DNA of 64,000 bases from Mustelus asterias. Its lineage: Eukaryota. The notes below the pieces were generated by a model that was not told where the DNA came from, did no database searches, and saw only the letters and a program-made list of their open reading frames with translations. The stretch is taken from contig NC_135818.1 of assembly GCF_964213995.1 (NCBI RefSeq), positions 78,306,001 through 78,370,000 on the forward strand, written 5' to 3'. Position 1 is the stretch's first letter. Each line of letters begins with the position of its first letter. Shown in pieces: positions 37,819 through 51,443 of this stretch. A program made the translations under genes and the position numbers.

Positions 37819-40800
37819 AAGAAACAAAGCCATCAACTTATGGGATGGAAGGCTGCCACTACGTAGATCCTTAATATGGTTTTAATCGTTTGACAATAGA
37901 GATCATTTAGACTGGATCAACACTGTTAACAGTTCTGAGCAGAAGTGACTGGTAACAAATGCAAACATGAAAACTCAAAGTTCATTTACAAATCAGAGAT
38001 GTGATGTTTCAAGAAAGTTAATTAAAACTACCTTGGATAAGATAGGGAAAGATGACATTAAAACCAGTTTTTGACTGTTAATGACAGAAAACATGTGAAT
38101 GCTTTAGATGCTTGTGGAGGTCAATGTCAAGATGGGTTTTAACTCCATTGGATAATATATTACAGAAGTCAGTGTAACATCCTGCCTGCAGTCAGGCAGT
38201 GGTAATTTGACCAAACAACTCAAAAGACCCACAAACAACAGGCGCGGATCATCTGTTGGCTGTGCGCGTGGTTCCCTCTTGTAACATCATTGATGGACTG
38301 CTTATAGCGTTGTGTGGCATAAATCTCAAGTAAAAAGAATCATAAATCTGTAAATTCCAGGAGAGAGGACTTATTGTACTGGACACTCACTAAATCCTCA
38401 ATTCCACCTCGAAAAGAATTCTACATCAGCCTGGAAGAACCAGGAAAAATAAAGGTGCTGATTCATTCATCCCAGATTCTCTTGCAAACAGGTCAGTCAA
38501 AAAGAAGTTGTCCTTAGCCCGAGGGAGTGAGATAAATCTACTAGCTTCAGTAACGTAACAGCAATAATTGCAAAATATATGCACTATTTGGAAAGCAGCA
38601 AATTGCATAACAATATTTCCTTACTTTTATGGTTAAGTGGACTGTGCAGTTATTAGATCAAAGCATAATAGAATTGCAATTTTACTGTGATTTAAAACAA
38701 CACCATTAGTTTATAAATATTGATTATGGAGAAGCAGGAAGGGATCTCGCTGATTCACTTTCAAGGTCAGAATGTTTTTATTATTTCTTGGGATGTGGAA
38801 ACAAGATTGGAATGGGCCAAGTGTTCAAAAACACGAAAAAGATGATCAACTCAAAATTATCCCGAAAAACAAAGCTGAGAATCCTAGAATGCTTCATCAT
38901 ACCAATTTTAACTTGTATAAAATGGCACTGGATGATCAGTAAAGTAACACAGAGAAGAATTGAGACTAGAGATTTGCTTTTTTGAACATGTCACACCAAA
39001 TCTAATGTTGAAAGAACTCTGCTGGTCAAGATCAGGAATAAACAGTGGAATTTCTCGGGTGCATAATAAGAACGGAGAGCATGCTTCACCAGCATCCTTT
39101 ATGGAAATACACCAGCTGTTCTTATTTGGGCGTGCCTGGATGTAACTCCAACTCTCCGGCCAACTGCAAACTCAGGTGGTTGACTCTTAACTGCCAATTG
39201 AAATGGTCTAGCAGGCTAAACAAGTGTTACCAATGCCCATTATCAAGAAGCAAGCAGACCAATCAAGGTGATTGGGGATGAGCAGTGATCACTGGCCAGC
39301 AGCACCCACATACTATAAATTTTAAAAATAATGGCATCAATATTCAAAGAGCACATTCATGTACACTTTAATAATCAGAATTCAAAAAGCAGAATTGGGT
39401 AGATTTTGCTTTAAAATCTTTGTGCTATTTTTGCTCAGTTCTTGCCAAAACTGTGTAACATCGAAGAAAATACTGGACTTCAATACCACAGAGGGAAACT
39501 CTCAGCTAGGCCAACTGGAATAACTCCACTAGGTCAACAGAAAACAACAAACCTATAGTGAAAAGGGAAACAATATCCAACGACTCAGTCAACATTCTCA
39601 GCAACAATTTGCAGAAGTTCCACGATTACCGGACAGAGACCAAGAAGCTACTCGGTGTCTGACAAATTCATGGCAGAATTTCAAACTTCTGCAGTGCACA
39701 AAGTTCAGCACTGGATGGTGGTAGATTTTTGATAAGTAAATATACATGTGAAACACAATTGTATTGTGCAAAGCATTTCAAATCACGTAGCTAAAACAAT
39801 GCTACCGCAGTCTCGTCTGAAACTAGTCAAGTGATTTCTATTGGACACCACGGATCTGCAGGAGGAACGGAAAATAAATTCCTGCAGCTCTCTCTTCATG
39901 GAGAACAACAGAAACGTAGAGTGGAAAAGAAACGGGATGACCCCAATTTGCCGATAAGGTGAAAAGGGGCTACGCAAAATGGTGGAGGGCAAAATAGTTA
40001 AAACGTTAATAAGTAATTCTACAATCTTACATGGACAGCAGACTTTATAGCACTTTGAGTGCCAAATGGTGTGAAAAGCACCATCAAAACGTGTGCCACG
40101 TGTGAAAATTAAGGGCACCTTGATTGATAGGTCAATGGAGGGTGAGCTGTAATAATTGCAATCCCCAGGAGTTTGGCTGATGATCTTCAAGGAACCACCT
40201 TAATTTATTTTTGTCTCACTTGGGAGATTCTCTAGACAGCATAGAGAGGCAAATGCACTTTTAGAACTCAAATTCACCTCAAGATGGGTGGCTTTTTAAA
40301 AAATTAGTGTGGACCATACTGCCCATAAGAAAATATGACATTCAATACACTTTACTCCATAGATGTCATGGACTAGAAAACTTTCTGTAGAGAAAAATGG
40401 GAAGAGAAACAAGGAAGAGAAACTAGAACAATGCTATAAAAAGATTTTGATTTTACTTGCATGGTTTAGCATGCCTTTGTGGCCCTTGGAGATTTTGCAC
40501 AATACATTTCAGCAAACACAAAGTCTCTGTTATAACCTCGCTCTGTTCAAGTTTGTTTCCTGTATTATACCAACACCACGTTATACGTTAACACATTAAA
40601 CCAACACCAACATGAAGCACTTTTTAAATGACACAAGCATCTAAAAGAACTAAAAGTTAATTGTTTCCAAGCAAGTTCACTACTTGTTTGGCAAGTGAGG
40701 CAGCCAATTCTTCACACAACGTGATAAACAAAATACTGGAAATCTATTTCCAGCTTTTCTGTTTTGTTTTCACTCGGCAGTTCAGACAGTATCTGTTGAT

Positions 40801-41014
40801 CAACAGAGTCAGTCAACATGACAGTTTCTCAGATGTCTCAGGTCAGGTCTGAGTTCTTCCTGCCAGTCCCAAGGAAGAGACTTAGACCTGAAACAAGCTG
40901 ATATCTTCCAGGACACTGAGTATTTGTCTATTTTCAAATAAGATCATCCATTAATGTGGTGTTTTTGGCCAACTGTGGAACTTTGCTCAGCACACCAGCA
41001 GAATTTCAGGTTAA

Positions 41015-41336
41015 TCATAGAATCCCTACAGTGCAGAAGGAGGCCATTCAGCTCATCGAGTCTGCACCGACCATAATCCCACCCAGGCCCTATCCCCATA
41101 ACCCCATGCATTTACCCTAGCTAGTCCTCCTGTCACCAAGGAGCAATTTAGCATGCCCAATCCATGTAACCCGCACATCTTTGGGCTGTGGGAGGAAACC
41201 GGAGCATCCAGAGGAAACCCACGCAGACACGGGGAGAACATGCAAACTCCACACAGGCAGTGACCCAAGCCAGGAATCGAACCCAGGTCCCTGGCACTGA
41301 GGCGGCAGTGCTAACCACTGTGCCACCATGCTGCCC
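41015..41336 (-). mobile_element. HE1-type SINE
   Basis: Same structure as 31520-31860. Confidence 0.9.
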
Positions 41337-42752
41337 CATGCTAAGGGATAGAAGTTAATGCTAAGGGATAGAATTGAAAAGCAGAGATGCCCTGTTAAAT
41401 ATATAGAACTTGGTTGTGTACAGTTCAGAATGCCATATTACATAAATGATAGAGGCACTAGGGAGTGGGTGCAAAATTAATTTACAATCATTTACAATGA
41501 TTATACCAGAATGATGCAGAAAGGATGAACGGGCTGCGTCTTTGAGTAGAAAACTCAAGAGTGACCCAATTGAAAGATGTCCTAAATAGACTATACACAC
41601 AGAATGTTTCCACTAGCATTAAAGATTTAAAGACAGTCAATGTTAGATAACTAAGTAATTAAACAGGGGAGTCAAAACAAACCCCTTTACCCAGAATGTG
41701 GGACTCATTATCACAGGGAGAGGTTGGGGCAAATTGTCTAGATTTAAGAGCAAGTTAGAAAAGCATGAGAGAGAAGGGACAAGACAATTACACTAATAAA
41801 AGTCAGGTAGAGAGGTGCATGAACAGAGAATGTCAGGCCAAGACACTGAAATGTCTGTCCCAGTGCTACAAATTCTCATGGATTTATTTTAACAGCAGTC
41901 TCTTGTTTCCCAGAGATTTAAAAAAAATACTTGCAGCAAATAGGCAAGCTATAATTTAAAATGTCGGCAGTTAGATGGAGCTCAATAATTCCCTATATTT
42001 CCAAATGTTCAGCGGTTTATTCACACAGGTCAGCTGAGGAGGCTTGGCACTCAGCAGTCTGACTAAGAACACTTCAGTTGGGGCGCTGCCACCCAAGAAA
42101 CACTTTGCGAGTCTTTCAAGAACCCACACGCTATTGAAAAAAAACAATTCCCAGCATGGGCGCACACACACAATAATAATGAATGGGCACTTGATCTAAC
42201 CAGTGTACGTGAACGAGTCAGATGATCAGACCACACTCACATTCCAACAGAATTAGCCAAGTCAGTCTGCAGAAATGATGTAGAGATGCTGGCGTTGGAC
42301 TGGGCATGGTAAAAAATTTCACAACTTCAGGTTAAAGTCAGACAGTTTTATATTTGAAATCACGAGCTTTTGCAGCGCTGCTCCTTCATCAGGTGATTGG
42401 AGAAAGCTGAGGAGGAAGATAATTAGGTGCCTTATCAACCCAGTTTTGGGGCTCACACCTCAGGGGGCATCAAGTTGTTTTAAAGGTAAGGGGAACTGAT
42501 CCACTTCAGATCAGCCATGATCTTATTGAATGGCGGGGCAGGCTCGAGGGGCTGGATGGCCTACTCCTGCTCCTATTTCTTATGTTCTTAAAAAAAAACA
42601 CACAGCAACTTGGGAGAAATGCGATTTTGTTTGGCAGAAAGTTGTGTGAACTCAGTGACAGGTTAGTGAAGTTTAATCCCCGATGTAAACTATATAAAAC
42701 ATCAATCTACCCGCACCCAATCCAATTCCCCCAGTCCAATCCATTCACTCAC

Positions 42753-42837
42753 CACAGTCATGAAACTTGACGGGCTGGGCTTGACTCAGCGCCGTCAGCG
42801 CCAGCAGAGCAGCCGTCAGTCTGCACACAGCCTCCAT
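42753..42837 (-). CDS. NPC2: NPC2 copy B (tandem paralogue) exon 1
   Basis: MEAVCRLTAALLALTALSQAQPVKFHDC-G|gtgagt; 85 nt; lies in a CpG island. Confidence 0.94.
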
Positions 42838-43240
42838 AGCTCCAGCACAGCGAGAAGCCAGCCGAGTAAAGGCCGCGCCCTCACATGATTCACTTCCCAA
42901 TCTTCAGAGGACCAAACTCCGCCCCGCCAGCCGGGGCGGTGACCGAGGACCTTGCGACCAGATTCCGCCATCACCCAGGCAGCAATGGCGCCATCACCCT
43001 GCCCTCAAACCGTCGCCCCTGTCAATCACCGGCTGCGTACGTCACCACCCCCGCCCCCTGTCAATCACCGGCTGCGTACGTCACCACCCCGCCCGCTGTC
43101 AATCAATACGTCGCCGGCCCCACCCCCATCAATTACCGGGTCGACACGTCACCTGGCCCACCCCGTCAATCACCAGGCCCCGCCCCTGTCAGTCAGCGGA
43201 TTCACGCATCAGTAAATCCAGCTCCCCGCCCTCACTGACC
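42838..43240 (-). promoter_or_regulatory. CpG-island promoter of NPC2-B with a 39-bp tandem repeat
   Basis: GC boxes, TCATGTGA M-box (42881-42888), repeated TGATTGAC and GTGACGTA motifs at 43017-43195. Confidence 0.7.
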
Positions 43241-44820
43241 CATTGAAACAACAGCAAAGGATGCTGGGAAAAAAACAGCAAGGCTGGCAGCCTCTTCAGG
43301 GAGGGAAAGTAGTTAATTTTGTTCAGAGTTGAACAGAGGGCGGAAGATAAAAGGAAAATACTGCAGAATACTGCACAATAGAAAATATTGGACCATCTCA
43401 ACAGGTCTGAGCACCTCTGAAGAGAGAAGTCTTCGTCAGAGCTGTTTCAGTTTCAGAAGGGAGAAAGGTCTTGGTTTGTATACTGTATAAGTGGGGCTAG
43501 AACAGGGTAGGTCAGTGATTAGGAGAAATTGCTTCAAAAAAATGACAAAATTTAACAAGTGATAGATGGCCTGGTGAGTGAAGGAGAGTTTTTGCACCCA
43601 AAAAACTGTTTGGGATATATAAACAAAGCATCAAGATGGAAAAGACAGGTCAGTCTAATGTTGTGGAACTCACTGTTGAGTCCTGTAACATGCCTAAATC
43701 CAAAGATGTGTTGTGCTTCACCTGAGCATTGCAGCAGGCCAAGGACAGAAATGGGGTAATGACAGCAAATTGCTGAGTTGAAATGGCAGTAACAGGAATG
43801 GCTTCCAGACTGAGTGAAGGTGTTCCCTAAATCTGTCACCTAGTTAGCATTCAGTCTCCACAACGTAGACATGACTGCATTAGGAGCAATGTATACAGTG
43901 GGTCAATTTGAAGGAGGTGCAAGCGAAACGTTGCTTCACTTTGGTGGGCCATCTATCAAGAGGTCAAGGGAGGGAAAGGTTGGAGATGGATCATGTGAAG
44001 GTGAGAACCCATTGACCCTGTCCCCTGCTCTCTCCAATCACTTCATTGGCACACAAAATGTGAGTTCTAGTCAAACTCTTGCTGTTAATACTATCCTGCC
44101 CATCCCACTCAGTTGCATAAGATTGGGTCAGTGATGATTCTACGTACAGCATTCAGCTAGTAGTTTAACTGACATACTTGTGAGCCAAAACAAATGAAGG
44201 TAGATAAACACATCTGCAGCCACTGAATCAGATGAGGCAGACAAAAGCTGGAAAAAGACTGCCAATTTCTTGTTGTTGCCAAAGCAAAAAAAAAGGAAGG
44301 CAAAGGAGGAACTTGGCAAACAAAAGGCCAAAACCAAAGCAAACAAAAATTGAGCTGACAGTTCAGCAGGAACAATCACTATTTAATCAGTAGAGCAAAA
44401 TATTCCTAATAGTATTGCAGGAAGGGAGGTAGATAAGCCTAAACAAGAAAGGTGGCCAAACATCCAGGCCAGACAGTAGGGGATTAATTCCTCTAATAGT
44501 CAGCTCTACATCACTCAGTTTAAAAACATCAAAGTGGTTTAAATACTTATTGATATCTCAGTTCCTAAAGAACTCTGGATTTGAAAACACTCCATGTACA
44601 CAGTGTAATTCACAGCTTTATTAATCCACTCATGTTAAGGCCAGGACAGGTCACAGTCTAAACGTTCAAAAACTTACAAGTGCAAAAAATTGTAATATTC
44701 TGTCCTTGCTCAAGTTTGACAATTTCTTCTTGAAGATGCAGAACTAGAAATTGCTAACTGGCTAGAGTGGATAGATGCGTTTTGGATGCTGTTACAGGAG
44801 CTGGTAATCAGTGATTTAGT

Positions 44821-44907
44821 TTAGCTGGCAATCTGCACAGGGAGCCTCCAGCAGAAGAGGTCTTTGTCATTTTCATCCTTCAGTTTCCATTCAACCACCA
44901 CCTTAAT
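44821..44907 (-). CDS. NPC2: NPC2 copy A exon 4 (to stop codon)
   Basis: ttttcccag|IKVVVEWKLKDENDKDLFCWRLPVQIAS*; total 150 aa with the six conserved ML-domain Cys. AATAAA on the - strand at 44617-44622. Confidence 0.95.
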   Translation of the reverse strand: MKVVVEWKLKDENDKDLFCWRLPVQIAS

Positions 44908-45903
44908 CTGGGAAAAGGGGAAACAAAAGGTCAAAGATTTTTAATACCATGGCCACATTAATTCATGAAAGTTAATCACATATACATTTCTCAATGCTAG
45001 TTCATTATATAAAGTTAGGTATGTTATGAAGTGGCAATTCGTAATACTTTACAAGTTGGGTTGTCACCGCTATTCAAGTCATTAGTTCATAGAATCAAAG
45101 AATCCCTACAATGCAGAAGGAGGCCATTCAGTCCATCGAGCCTGCACCAAGAACAATCCCACCCAGGCCCTATCCCCATAACCCCACGTATTTACCCTGC
45201 TAATCCCCCCTGACACTAAGGGGCAATTTAGCATGGCCAATCAACCTAACCTGCATATCTTTGGACTGTGGGAGGAAATACATGCAGACATGGGAAGAAT
45301 GTTTGTGTGGGGGTTGCACAGTCACTTGAAGCCAGAATTGAACCTGGGTCCTGGGCACTGAGGTAGCAGTGCTAACATTGTGCCACTGTTTACCTATGTC
45401 TAGCAATAACGATATTTGATCTGTCGTGTCCAAATTGCAAATTCCATTACTTGCTTTGCAAATCCCACGTTCCTGAACCTGAACTGGCACTTGGACTTTA
45501 AATTTTGGTTTTGTTGGACTAGTGGACTGGAAAGACACCTATCAATCCCACTTTGGTGGATGGAACATTTTCCAAATGACCAGCTACAGAAAATTCGAGC
45601 AATCCCAACACTAACTTAACAAATGGAAGAACAAGAACCATTGGATCAAATGAAGAGGACCAGTGGAGAGCAGACAGCCAGGAGGTATCAAAGTCTATCA
45701 CAGCCTGCAGGTATCCACCACGCTGTACAGGGGAGTTCAACTAATATGTGAAAGAACTTTAGGTCACTTTTCCATTTTGATGAAGCATTCCCAGAGTTTT
45801 CCCAGATGATAGGATTACATCCTTACAAAGTTCCTGGGAAAGAAAAAGAGCAGCCGAAGAAACGCAGAAGTCTGGATACCCTCATATGGAAATCAAGGCT
45901 GCT

Positions 45904-46198
45904 CATAGAATCCCTACAGTGCAGGAGGCAGCCATTTGGCCCATCGAGCCTGCACCGACCACAATCCTACCCAGGCCCCGTTCCCATTTTCCTGCTAATC
46001 CCCCTGATACTATAGGGCAATTTAACATGGCTAATCAAACTAACCTGCATATCTTTGGACTGTGGGAGGAAACCGGAGCACCCAGAGGAAACCCACGCAG
46101 ACACAGGGAGAATGTGCAAACTCTGCACAGTCACCCAAGGCCAGAATTGAACCTGGGTCCCTGACGCGGAGGCAGCAGTGCTAACCACTGTGCCACCC
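45904..46198 (-). mobile_element. HE1-type SINE; further copies at about 30700-31004 (-), 45087-45388 (-), 48704-48950 (+) and 50640-50800 (+, partial)
   Basis: Shared A/B boxes, central domain and tail. Confidence 0.88.
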
Positions 46199-47540
46199 CC
46201 ATACCTCATCACATTTCATACAAGTTCCTCAATTGATAACATATCAAAGCATATGGTAAAAAATAATTAAACCAATAAAGTTATGTAGAATAGTGCCACC
46301 ATTAAAATTGCATCAAGGTTGCATCAAGACTGCAGTGTTCAAAATTCACAACTCCTCAGATACTGAGGCTGACCATACCCACATGCAGCACCAGAAAAAC
46401 ACATTCAAACTTGGGCTGATAAACTTCGCAGCACAAAGAAGCATTTAGATGTGCACTCGTGAAGCCAAAGCATGCAAAGCTATGGGCCATGTGCTGGAAA
46501 ATGGGATCAGAATGGTTAAGTGGTTTGTCTTTGATCAATGTAGACACAAAGGCTGAAGGGCCTTTTTCTGTGCTGCTTACCACTGACAGATGCAAGGCAA
46601 TGATCATATCCAGCAAGAGAGAATCTAACCATCTCTGCTGGACATTGTGTCATTACCAACATTGAATTTGGTTCCTTCACTGTCACTGGGTCAAAATCCT
46701 GGAACACCTTTGCTCATAGCACAGAGAGTACTTACACATGGACTATAGCAGTTCAAGTAGGCAGCTAACAACCATCTTCTCAAGGCCAATTAGGGATAAG
46801 GAAATAAATACTGCCCTTGCCAGATCCATTCAATCCACCAATGAATAAAAAGAAAGTGGACTTCTGAAGCTTCTGATATTCTACTGCACCTGTAGGTATT
46901 GATGAGCTCAGAAAGTGCAGCTCTCTTTCACACTAGTCTGTTGGAAGGACTATCCAATCAGAGTCAGTTGTAGCATCAGTGTATTTTTGCAGTTTCTGTC
47001 CAGCACAAGTGTCCAAATGAAAGATAGAGCAAATTAAATGTGCATCACTAACATGGAAGTGCTGTCAAGAGTCAGTGAAACAGTTGTTCATGGGATGCTC
47101 AAAAAGCACTGCTTTGTTTAGTTCAGCTAGATAGTAGACTTCTGAATCAAACATCCCACAGTTAACTGAAAATAAATTCCTATTGTGCACAGAAGGACAG
47201 ATACCTGACAAAACTCTATTCATTACATGACACTCTTTGTGGATAGGCTCCAGTGATGCATCACGCTGCACTAAATAAAAGCAAATTACTGTGGATGCTG
47301 GAATCTGAAACCAAAAGAGAAAATGCTGGAAAATCTCAGATCAGGCCGCATCGGTAAGGAGATAAAGAGCTGATGTTTCGAGTCCAGATGACCCTTTGTC
47401 ACCACGCTGCACTCTTTCTTTGTAACCAACTGGCATGAAATTTGTTTAAATACAAATGCAGGCTGCATAGAATGGGTGCAAATAACCTGCATATGAGACA
47501 ATGTTTTAGTTCAATTCTATTGTTTCATGAGGGCACTTAC

Positions 47541-47713
47541 TGATGGGTATTCACTTTTAACTGGCAAGGAATTGATGTAGTGGTAGATCTGATTATTCCG
47601 GATGGGGCATCGAATCCCAGATTTACAGCCATCAGCATTAGGAATAGAAAAAGGAATTGGAACTCCACCCAGGATCCCATGAACTGCAGCCACACTTGTT
47701 TGACTTGATGTTT
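47541..47713 (-). CDS. NPC2: NPC2 copy A exon 3
   Basis: 173 nt; KTSSQTSVAAVHGILGGVPIPFSIPNADGCKSGIRCPIRNNQIYHYINSLPVKSEYPS; canonical splice sites. Confidence 0.96.
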
Positions 47714-49104
47714 CTGAATAAAAAGAAAAGTTGCAAGAGTTAGATCTCATTAAACACAGATTGTTATCTTAAAAAAAGAATCATAGGCAAAGAACAGACA
47801 CAGGGCCACAACTATAATCCAATTCTCTGCCACTTGAAAGCCAGGCAGAGAGATAACAGGAAAAGTATCACTCGGACCGTTTATTGTATTTAGCATTTTT
47901 AAGCAGCGATATGAACCCCAAAAAGCAATATTTAAAAAGTCTATTGCACTACTTAGCTTTTTTTTTAAAAACCAGTATATTAATCCCCCAAAAAACTTGC
48001 TCAAGCACTAAGACAAAGACAAGGTGGAGATTGAAGCTCCTTCCATGTCACCTATAGCTTCTTGTACTCAATATACACCAGCAACCGAGATTTAGTGATT
48101 CTGCCTCGAGTCAGATGAGCACATCCATTCAAACTGGTGTTATTGAATTTAAGTGCAGAACTTCTCAGACTGACTGCTTTTTCCCCTGATAATCACCGTT
48201 TTCCCAGTTCCCATACTGTCCCTCATATCTCTACTGGATTCATATGATTGCATTAGTTATATTTTCCGATCCATTTTGGGTCTCATTCCATTTTGCACTC
48301 AACATTTATCTTAGGTGCTCAGTAGGTTAAATAACTGCTCCATTCCAAAATAATTTCAAATTTAACATTTAACAACTCATTTAATGTATGGAAGACATTG
48401 TAAGGTGCTTCAATAATGAACAATATTAATCACATTTGAAGAATTTTCAAAGTTCTTTCATGGGATGTGGGCACCATTGGGAAGGCTGGTTGCCCAATGT
48501 AATCACCCTTGAAACAAATGGCTTGTGAGGCCATTGCAGAGAATAGTTAAGAGTCAACCACATTGCTATGGGTCCAGAGTTGCACGTAGGCCAGACAAGG
48601 CAAGGATGGTAGATTTCCTTCCCTATAGGCCAAAACCCCAGATGAGTTTTTCCAACAGATGACAATTTCATGGTCATCATCACTGAGTTGAGCTTTAATA
48701 ATAGGGCAGCACAATGGTTAGCACTGCTGCCTCAGTGCCAGTGACCAGGGTTCGATTCCTTGAGTGACTGTGTGTGGAGTTTGCACATTCTTCCTGTCTA
48801 CGTTGGTTTCCTCTCACAGTCCAAAGATGTGTAGGTTAGGTGGATTAGCCATGGTTATTGGGTGGGAGTAGAGCATGCTCTTCTGGAGAGTCGGTGCAAA
48901 CATGACACCCGAATGGCCTCTTTCTGCACATTAGGGTTTATATGGTTCTATTATTCCAGATTTATCACGAGTTGTCATGGACATTAGTCTGGGCCTTTGG
49001 ATTACTAGTCTGGTATTATCACCACACCATCCACTGTTTTCACCATAATAATACAAATCTACAGAACAATTGAGCAGACCTCGATGTGTCACTAAGTAGA
49101 AATC

Positions 49105-49515
49105 ACTGCGAGAAACTACAAAGGGTCATAAATGAAGTCCAGTCCATCACTCAAACCAGCCTCCCATCCATTGACAGTCTACACTTCCCTCTACCTTGGA
49201 AAAGCAGCCAGCATAATCAAGGACCCCACGCAACCCGGGCATTCTCTCTTTCACCGTCTTCCATCAGGAAAAAGATACAAAAGTCTGAGATCACATACAA
49301 ACCGACTCAAAAACAGCTTCTTCCCGGCTGCAATCAGACTTTTGAATGGACCTACCTCGCATTAAGTTGATCTTTCTCTCCACCCTAGCTATGACTGTAA
49401 CACTACACTCTGCACTCTCTCCTTTCCTTATGTACGGTATGCTTTGTCTGTATAGCGTGCAAGAAACAATACTTTTCACTGTATACTAATACACGTGACA
49501 ACAATAAATCAAATC
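49105..49515 (+). mobile_element. Rex1/Babar-type LINE 3' fragment
   Basis: LPSGKRYKSLRSHTNRLKNSFFPAAIRLLN and an AATAAATCAAATC tail; a second copy at about 50880-51208. Confidence 0.82.
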
Positions 49516-49744
49516 ACACATAACCCCTCAATGGTAGAAAGGATGACAACATTAAATGAATATAACTTGCTGTTTAATGTTTTGATATTTGCTGTTTAAT
49601 GTTTGACATTTGTTAAGTCAGCAGATATACACTCAGCTTTGTATAGACTTTCAAGAGTGCACTTTTATTAAAAACAGAATTGCCAAAAAAAAACCACTCA
49701 GAGAAACGTGTTCTTTCCCTATTTTGCATTTTTGAAATACTTAC

Positions 49745-49852
49745 TGCTGGTAAAGGTGACATTCACTGCATAGGACTGTCCTTTGCGAAGTACACATGGA
49801 AGAGTGTGACAGGGGGTGATATCCACTATTAGAATTTTTCCAGCTGTAGATC
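49745..49852 (-). CDS. NPC2: NPC2 copy A exon 2
   Basis: tattacag|GA...AGCA|gtaagt; 108 nt; [36 protein letters not shown]. Confidence 0.95.
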
Positions 49853-51358
49853 CTGTAATATAAAGGCCAATGTTACAGGACTTGACAAATTGTACAGTTG
49901 TAATGAAACTTGGCGTGGCAACAGTATGAAGTACAGAAACTAGTTCAGGTGGCTTTGATTTATTAGACCATTTCTAGAAACAGCTAGAACACTGATCTCC
50001 TCAAACCAACATGCCCCCTCCCCACCTGCCACAAATCAGCTGCAGACATTGTCTATATGAAGCCACTTGAAGCACTGAAAAAAGGAGGTTTTAGACAAGG
50101 ACTCCTTCACACAGATACTTCTATAAGTTCTCCACAAATGGAGTAAAGACAAGAAATAGCTGTAGTTTTCCACCTTCTTTTAGGAATCCACTTGAGTAGC
50201 GTTATTGGATATTGCTTACAGGACCATATGACTCACCAAAGTTAGTCACATTTCTGCTAACAGAAAGAGCGAATAGGAAATACCCCTCACAATGTTATAC
50301 ATCTCAATTGAAACTCCATTCAGTTTCCTCTGGTCCAAAGAAAATAAGCCCAGACTGTCCAAATCTTTCCTCTTAGCTAAAATTACCCATTCCTACTAAT
50401 ATGTTCACAAGTTTCCTTTCTAGTGCAAACACATCCTTCCAACAGTACCGGGACCAACAGGGTTTGACGATAAAACTTGCTTGCTCTTGAACTCTCAAAA
50501 TATAAAAGGAAAATGTCCTCTTTGACCACTTGTCCCATTACCTTCAGGAATCTGTAGACATATACACCTCTAAAATTAAATCTGTGATAAAAAAAACTGA
50601 CGCAGCCTAGACTCAGGTACAGTATTTCCATTCTAGGACTCCAAAGATGTGTGGGATAGGTTGATTGGCTATGCTAAATTGACCCTAGTTTCAGGGAAAA
50701 AGCAGAGTAAATATCTGAGGTTATAGGGATAGGGTGGGATTGTTGTAGTGTAGGCTTGATGGGCCAAATGGGATCCTTCTGTACTGTAGAGATCCTATGA
50801 CATCCTGATTGTCAAATAAAGCTCAAACTCTTCCTTTTATAGACTTGACTTCCGAAGCAGTCTTGCACAATTTCCTTATACATTATCGGAAAAGCAGCCA
50901 ATATAATCAAGGACCTGGACATACTCCCTTCCATCTTCTTCTGTCAGGAAGAGAACACATACCAATCAACTCAAGAACAGCTTCTTTCCCTGCAGTTATC
51001 AAACTTTTGAATGGACCTATCTTAAGTTACGAGGTGGAGATGCCAGCACTGAACTGGGATGGGTTTTGATTTTTCCCAACACTCAGACTATGACTGTAAC
51101 ACTACACCTTCTCCTTTCTTTCTCCCCTATGTACTCTATGAACGATGTTTTGTCTGTATAGCACGCTTTTCATTGTATCCTAATACATGTGACAATAAAT
51201 CAAATCAAGGGATACCTCGAACTCAGTGTAGTACTTTCACTCTAGGACATCCCGATTTTTCTTCAAAAAGTTCTAACTCTTCCCTTTATAGACTTGAAGG
51301 GTTCGAATATCTGGATAACATTTATAAAATACAATTCATCCTGGGTCTTTCCACTCAC

Positions 51359-51443
51359 CACAGTCACGAAACTTCACGGGGTCGGCCCCACAAAGAGCTC
51401 CCAGAGCCAGGAGAGTTACTACCAGCCGACACACAGTCTCCAT
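51359..51443 (-). CDS. NPC2: NPC2 copy A exon 1
   Basis: METVCRLVVTLLALGALCGADPVKFRDC-G|gtgagt; 85 nt; signal peptide plus the PVxFxDCG start of the ML domain. Confidence 0.95.

Noticed and set aside
43017-43195. CRISPR-like array
   Set aside because: Eukaryotic DNA; head-to-tail minisatellite without unique spacers and no cas genes.
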